In this document: one piece after another, positions 60,843 through 64,000 of the stretch
Position numbering within the stretch: position 1 is the first letter of the stretch
Layout: each line of letters starts with the position of its first letter
Assembly: GCA_963735035.1 (NCBI GenBank)
Contig: CAVTJJ010000006.1
Coordinates: forward strand, 32,001 to 96,000
Source of the DNA: an uncultured candidate division Zixibacteria bacterium
GTDB lineage: Bacteria; Zixibacteria; MSB-5A5; GN15; FEB-12
Reading direction: 5' to 3'
DNA: 64,000 nt
The notes under the pieces: generated by a model
Seen by the model: the letters and a program-made list of their open reading frames with translations, nothing else
The model's database searches: none
What the model was told of the DNA's origin: nothing
Made by a program: the position numbers and the translations under genes

Positions 60843-62327
60843 TCAATGCTTCGTCTCACCGAACACAATTGCCTGGAATTTCTGAATTACGGCGTCGGGT
60901 GATTTGTAGGCGTCGAACGGGAGACCCGCTTTCTCGCAGGTATGCTGCAAGAACTGATCGCGAGTCCAATTGTATTCAGTGGCTACCTGCGGCAGGAGCA
61001 GACCGCGACGCCCGCCCAGAGAGATCATCAGGCCGTCGCGTCCAACTTCGATTTCGTCGAGCGACTTCACGGTTTGCAGTGGGGTCAGAACCGAAATCTC
61101 GATGTGCAATGAGGCCACTTCCGACGCCGTCACCGGGGGAAACCGGGGATCATCTACTGCGGCACTGATCGCGCACTCGGACACCGTTTTCCAGAGCGTC
61201 TGAATCGCCTGCGTGTAACCGATGCAGCCGCGAAGCTGGCCGTTCTCGGTCAGCGTGACAAACGCCGCACCGAGCGCCTTGAGGGTGTCCGATACGGAAT
61301 ACGTCGGCTGTGGTTTTCCGGTCAAATGATTCTCGATAGAACGCCGGGCGATATCCAAAAGAGTGGTCCGATCGAGCTCGGTCGGGTAAACGTCTTTCGC
61401 GGCTGGGGTTTCGCTTCGTGGAGTCTTAGCCTCTGATGATTTGTAGATCGCCGCAGCCAGATACCCAACGACACTCTTCCTGTCGCCGGTGAGATCACCC
61501 GAATCGCCGTACTTGAGTATCTTCACTTTGTTGGCGCCGCGGGCGACGGCCGCGTGCAGGACTGCCGCTACCGAGCCGCCGCCACAGGCTTCGGTGCCCC
61601 CGGTGCCGAGAAGCCGTTCCAAACGATCAGCATCGAGCGCTTTCACGCACTCGATGCCTGTCGAATCGAGCGGCCACCCTTCCGAGGCGGGGCGATAATG
61701 CTGCCAGTCCGAAGCGGCAATCAGGATGGTATGACCGTCGTTCGGCAGAGCCGCCAGGGCATCTCCGAGGACACGAATAGTCTCGTGACTCGGCTCTCCC
61801 ATGACCACAGGGACGATCGTGAAATTCTTGAGGACGGTCTGCAGATAGGGAAGCTGTACTTCGAGACAGTGCTCGGCCTGATGGGCTTCTTCGAGTACGC
61901 TGAAAGATCGGTTGAAACCTATCAACCGCTGACACAAAGAGTCGTTGCATTTCACGGATCCGAGCGGAGTGCGCCACTCTACTCCTGGGCCGTAAACGGA
62001 AAGGCCTCGAAAGGGGTACTGGTGGGACGGACCACACAGGACAACCGTTGTGGGTTGAGCCTTTTCGAGCAGCCTGTAGCTGTAAGCGGCGACCGGCCCG
62101 GAGTAGACCAGTCCGGCGTGGGGGACGATGAGGGCGATCAGTTCGCCGTCGATCTCATCGGATTTCGGCACTCCGGCGAGATGCTTGTGTATCATCGTGG
62201 CCAACTCGGTGGAGTCGGCCGGGTAGAACCCTCCAGCGACTGCGGGCTGGCGGACGACGGCGGTAGTGCTGTGTGGCGACAGAGCGGCGAGGGAGAAAAT
62301 GCAGGCGAAGATCAGGCTTGGTTTCAT
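60843..62327 (-). CDS. AmmeMemoRadiSam protein B (MEMO1) - protein A (AMMECR1) fusion with N-terminal signal peptide
   Basis: RQPAVAGGFYP, PHAG, GPSH, EHCLEVQLP, SDWQHY; AFVTL..LRGCIG, DPRFPP, GLLLPQV; ATG 62327 follows GGAGG. Confidence 0.9.
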   Translation of the reverse strand: MKPSLIFACIFSLAALSPHSTTAVVRQPAVAGGFYPADSTELATMIHKHLAGVPKSDEIDGELIALIVPHAGLVYSGPVAAYSYRLLEKAQPTTVVLCGPSHQYPFRGLSVYGPGVEWRTPLGSVKCNDSLCQRLIGFNRSFSVLEEAHQAEHCLEVQLPYLQTVLKNFTIVPVVMGEPSHETIRVLGDALAALPNDGHTILIAASDWQHYRPASEGWPLDSTGIECVKALDADRLERLLGTGGTEACGGGSVAAVLHAAVARGANKVKILKYGDSGDLTGDRKSVVGYLAAAIYKSSEAKTPRSETPAAKDVYPTELDRTTLLDIARRSIENHLTGKPQPTYSVSDTLKALGAAFVTLTENGQLRGCIGYTQAIQTLWKTVSECAISAAVDDPRFPPVTASEVASLHIEISVLTPLQTVKSLDEIEVGRDGLMISLGGRRGLLLPQVATEYNWTRDQFLQHTCEKAGLPFDAYKSPDAVIQKFQAIVFGETKH

Positions 62328-62455
62328 AAAGGACCTCCGACTGTCATTATACATTGCCATCCGATGCCGGTCACGGGGAATTATGAAAGACTGAGATGAG
62401 ACTCTTGGTCCAATTCCCCTGTGGTATCGACCTTCAAATTCAGTATAATATCATT

Positions 62456-63379
62456 ATGAGCACGGTCGTAGTGGTGAAGCTCGCACAGGGGCTGGCCGAA
62501 AGTGGTGTCGATACGACAACGTACCGTCGCATGCTGGAAATCGGCCTGGCCGCGCTCGATTCAGCCTCTGATCTGAGGTCGTCCATTTCAAGCATCCTGC
62601 CGGCAGGGACTGTCGGCTTCAAGACCAACTGTCTCGCCCGGAAATTCAATTCCACCCCCGTGGCTTTGGTCGATGCCCTGACCGGCCTCCTGATCGACCA
62701 CGGTTTCGACGCCAACGATCTGGTCGTCTGGGAGCGCACCAGTCGGGAACTGGCCGATGCCGGCTACACGCTGAACGCCTCAGCCGATGGGGTTCGCTAT
62801 CTCGGCACTGACGCCAACGGGATCGGTTATGCGACCGAGTTCAGCACCCACGGTCCAGTAAGTTCGCTGGTGACCCACATTCTCACTGACATGGTCGAGC
62901 AGAACGTCAACCTGCCCGTGCTCAAGGATCATTCGGTCGCCGGACTTTCGGCCGGGATGAAGAATATGTACGGGGCGATTCACAACCCGAACAAATTCCA
63001 CGCCGATTGTTGCGACCCGTTCTGCGCCCATGTCAACTATCTGGAGCCGATTCGCAGCAAACACCGACTTACGATAATCGATGCCATTCGCGTACAATAT
63101 GACGGCGGTCCCGGTTATATGGCCCAGTACATGACCACGTTCGGTGCTTTAGTGCTTTCTCGCGATCCAGTCGCGGCCGACCGAATTGGGCTGGAGATAC
63201 TCGAACGACTGCGCAAAGATCACGGTCGTCCGACTCTGGCGAAAGCTGGGCGCGAAGTGAAATATCTGAAAACCGCCAAAGCAATCGGTCTCGGTGAATC
63301 GGAGATGGAACAGATCGATTTGAAAGTCATCGTAATAGACGAACTCGGCCAGGTTTCGGCCGGGGAGTTGTTCGGATGA
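62456..63379 (+). CDS. DUF362 family protein
   Basis: VGFKTN, NLPVLKDH..GLSAGMKNMYG, DPVAAD; TATAAT 6 nt before the ATG. Confidence 0.85.
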   Translation: MSTVVVVKLAQGLAESGVDTTTYRRMLEIGLAALDSASDLRSSISSILPAGTVGFKTNCLARKFNSTPVALVDALTGLLIDHGFDANDLVVWERTSRELADAGYTLNASADGVRYLGTDANGIGYATEFSTHGPVSSLVTHILTDMVEQNVNLPVLKDHSVAGLSAGMKNMYGAIHNPNKFHADCCDPFCAHVNYLEPIRSKHRLTIIDAIRVQYDGGPGYMAQYMTTFGALVLSRDPVAADRIGLEILERLRKDHGRPTLAKAGREVKYLKTAKAIGLGESEMEQIDLKVIVIDELGQVSAGELFG

Positions 63380-64000
63380 AACGGCGCGATTTTCTTCGTT
63401 GTCTCGGGGCTGGTGCGGCGGTCGCCGGTATTTCAGAGACGCCGTTCTGGCCAAGCGTGCTCGGCGGAGTACAGAACGCTTATGCCTTCGACGTGACCGA
63501 CAAGCTGTCGTCGGTTGAGGCGCGTCATTACAAGAAGCTCGACGGCGGCGGGATCGAGTGCGGCGTTTGTCCGAGACACTGCCGGGTGACCGATCTGGAG
63601 CGCGGCTTCTGTGGCACGCGCGAGAATCGGGGCGACATCTACCACACGCTTGTGTACGGATTGCCCTGCTCGATGAACATCGATCCGATCGAGAAGAAGC
63701 CGTTCTTCCATTTCTATCCGGGGACAAGCGCCCTGTCGCTCGCGACCGCAGGGTGCAACGTCGACTGCAAGTTCTGCCAGAACTGGGAGATTTCACAATC
63801 GCGTCCGGAGCAGACTACCAACTACGAATTCTCGCCTCAGGAAGCGGTCGAAACTTGCCGCTTGCAACGGGTGCCGATCCTCGCCTACACCTACTCCGAG
63901 CCGGTGATATTCTACGAGTACATGTATGATATTGCCGAACTGGGCCACAAGAGTGGGATCAAATCGGTGATGGTCACCGGAGGCTATATCGAAGAAGTCC
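63376..64000 (+). CDS. AmmeMemoRadiSam radical SAM enzyme with Tat signal (runs off window edge)
   Basis: Translated by hand: MKRRDFL...; CGVCPRHC, GFCGTR, DPIEKKP, GCNVDCKFCQNWEISQ (CxxxCxxC), YTYSEP; ATGA overlap with DUF362. Confidence 0.9.
   Translation, partial: MKRRDFLRCLGAGAAVAGISETPFWPSVLGGVQNAYAFDVTDKLSSVEARHYKKLDGGGIECGVCPRHCRVTDLERGFCGTRENRGDIYHTLVYGLPCSMNIDPIEKKPFFHFYPGTSALSLATAGCNVDCKFCQNWEISQSRPEQTTNYEFSPQEAVETCRLQRVPILAYTYSEPVIFYEYMYDIAELGHKSGIKSVMVTGGYIEEV

Overview
Bacterial chromosomal window. Its dockerin type, T9SS-type C-terminal domains and short FCB-type sigma70 point to an FCB-group organism, most plausibly candidate phylum Zixibacteria (inference). Contents in order: (1) oxidative-stress genes (ferritin/rubrerythrin-like, peroxiredoxin, Fur/PerR, Fe/Mn SOD); (2) three secreted proteins (S8 peptidase, FG-GAP protein, C1A peptidase) sharing a PKD-cohesin-like-dockerin-like tail; (3) an ECF-sigma envelope operon followed by an HtrA and a catalytically dead paralogue; (4) a cohesin + T9SS-CTD adaptor and a tandem Ser/Thr kinase; (5) an aldolase-aminotransferase-folB-folK-dNK-panB operon, degP and sigma70; (6) a GT-C/GT2/DUF2304 glycosylation cluster with an AftA-like arabinofuranosyltransferase; (7) tRNA-Leu(CAG) with a 26-bp att-like duplication bracketing a ~2-kb islet; (8) a double-FISUMP/TSP3/dockerin protein, a type III PKS, a 1435-aa LamG/Ig T9SS-CTD protein and a cupredoxin-dockerin; (9) pckA, PAS-LuxR, a dual-CZB chemoreceptor and an apparently exported AmmeMemoRadiSam system. 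The top candidate for an undescribed system is a Cys-bracketed cohesin/dockerin-like network (7 dockerin-like and 5 cohesin-like modules) carrying proteases, lectin-like and redox cargo rather than cellulases. It may be exported or anchored by a sigma54-driven cohesin-CTD adaptor. Many +1 frameshifts between 19 and 32.5 kb look like sequencing errors. All domain calls are by eye from motifs; no searches were run.
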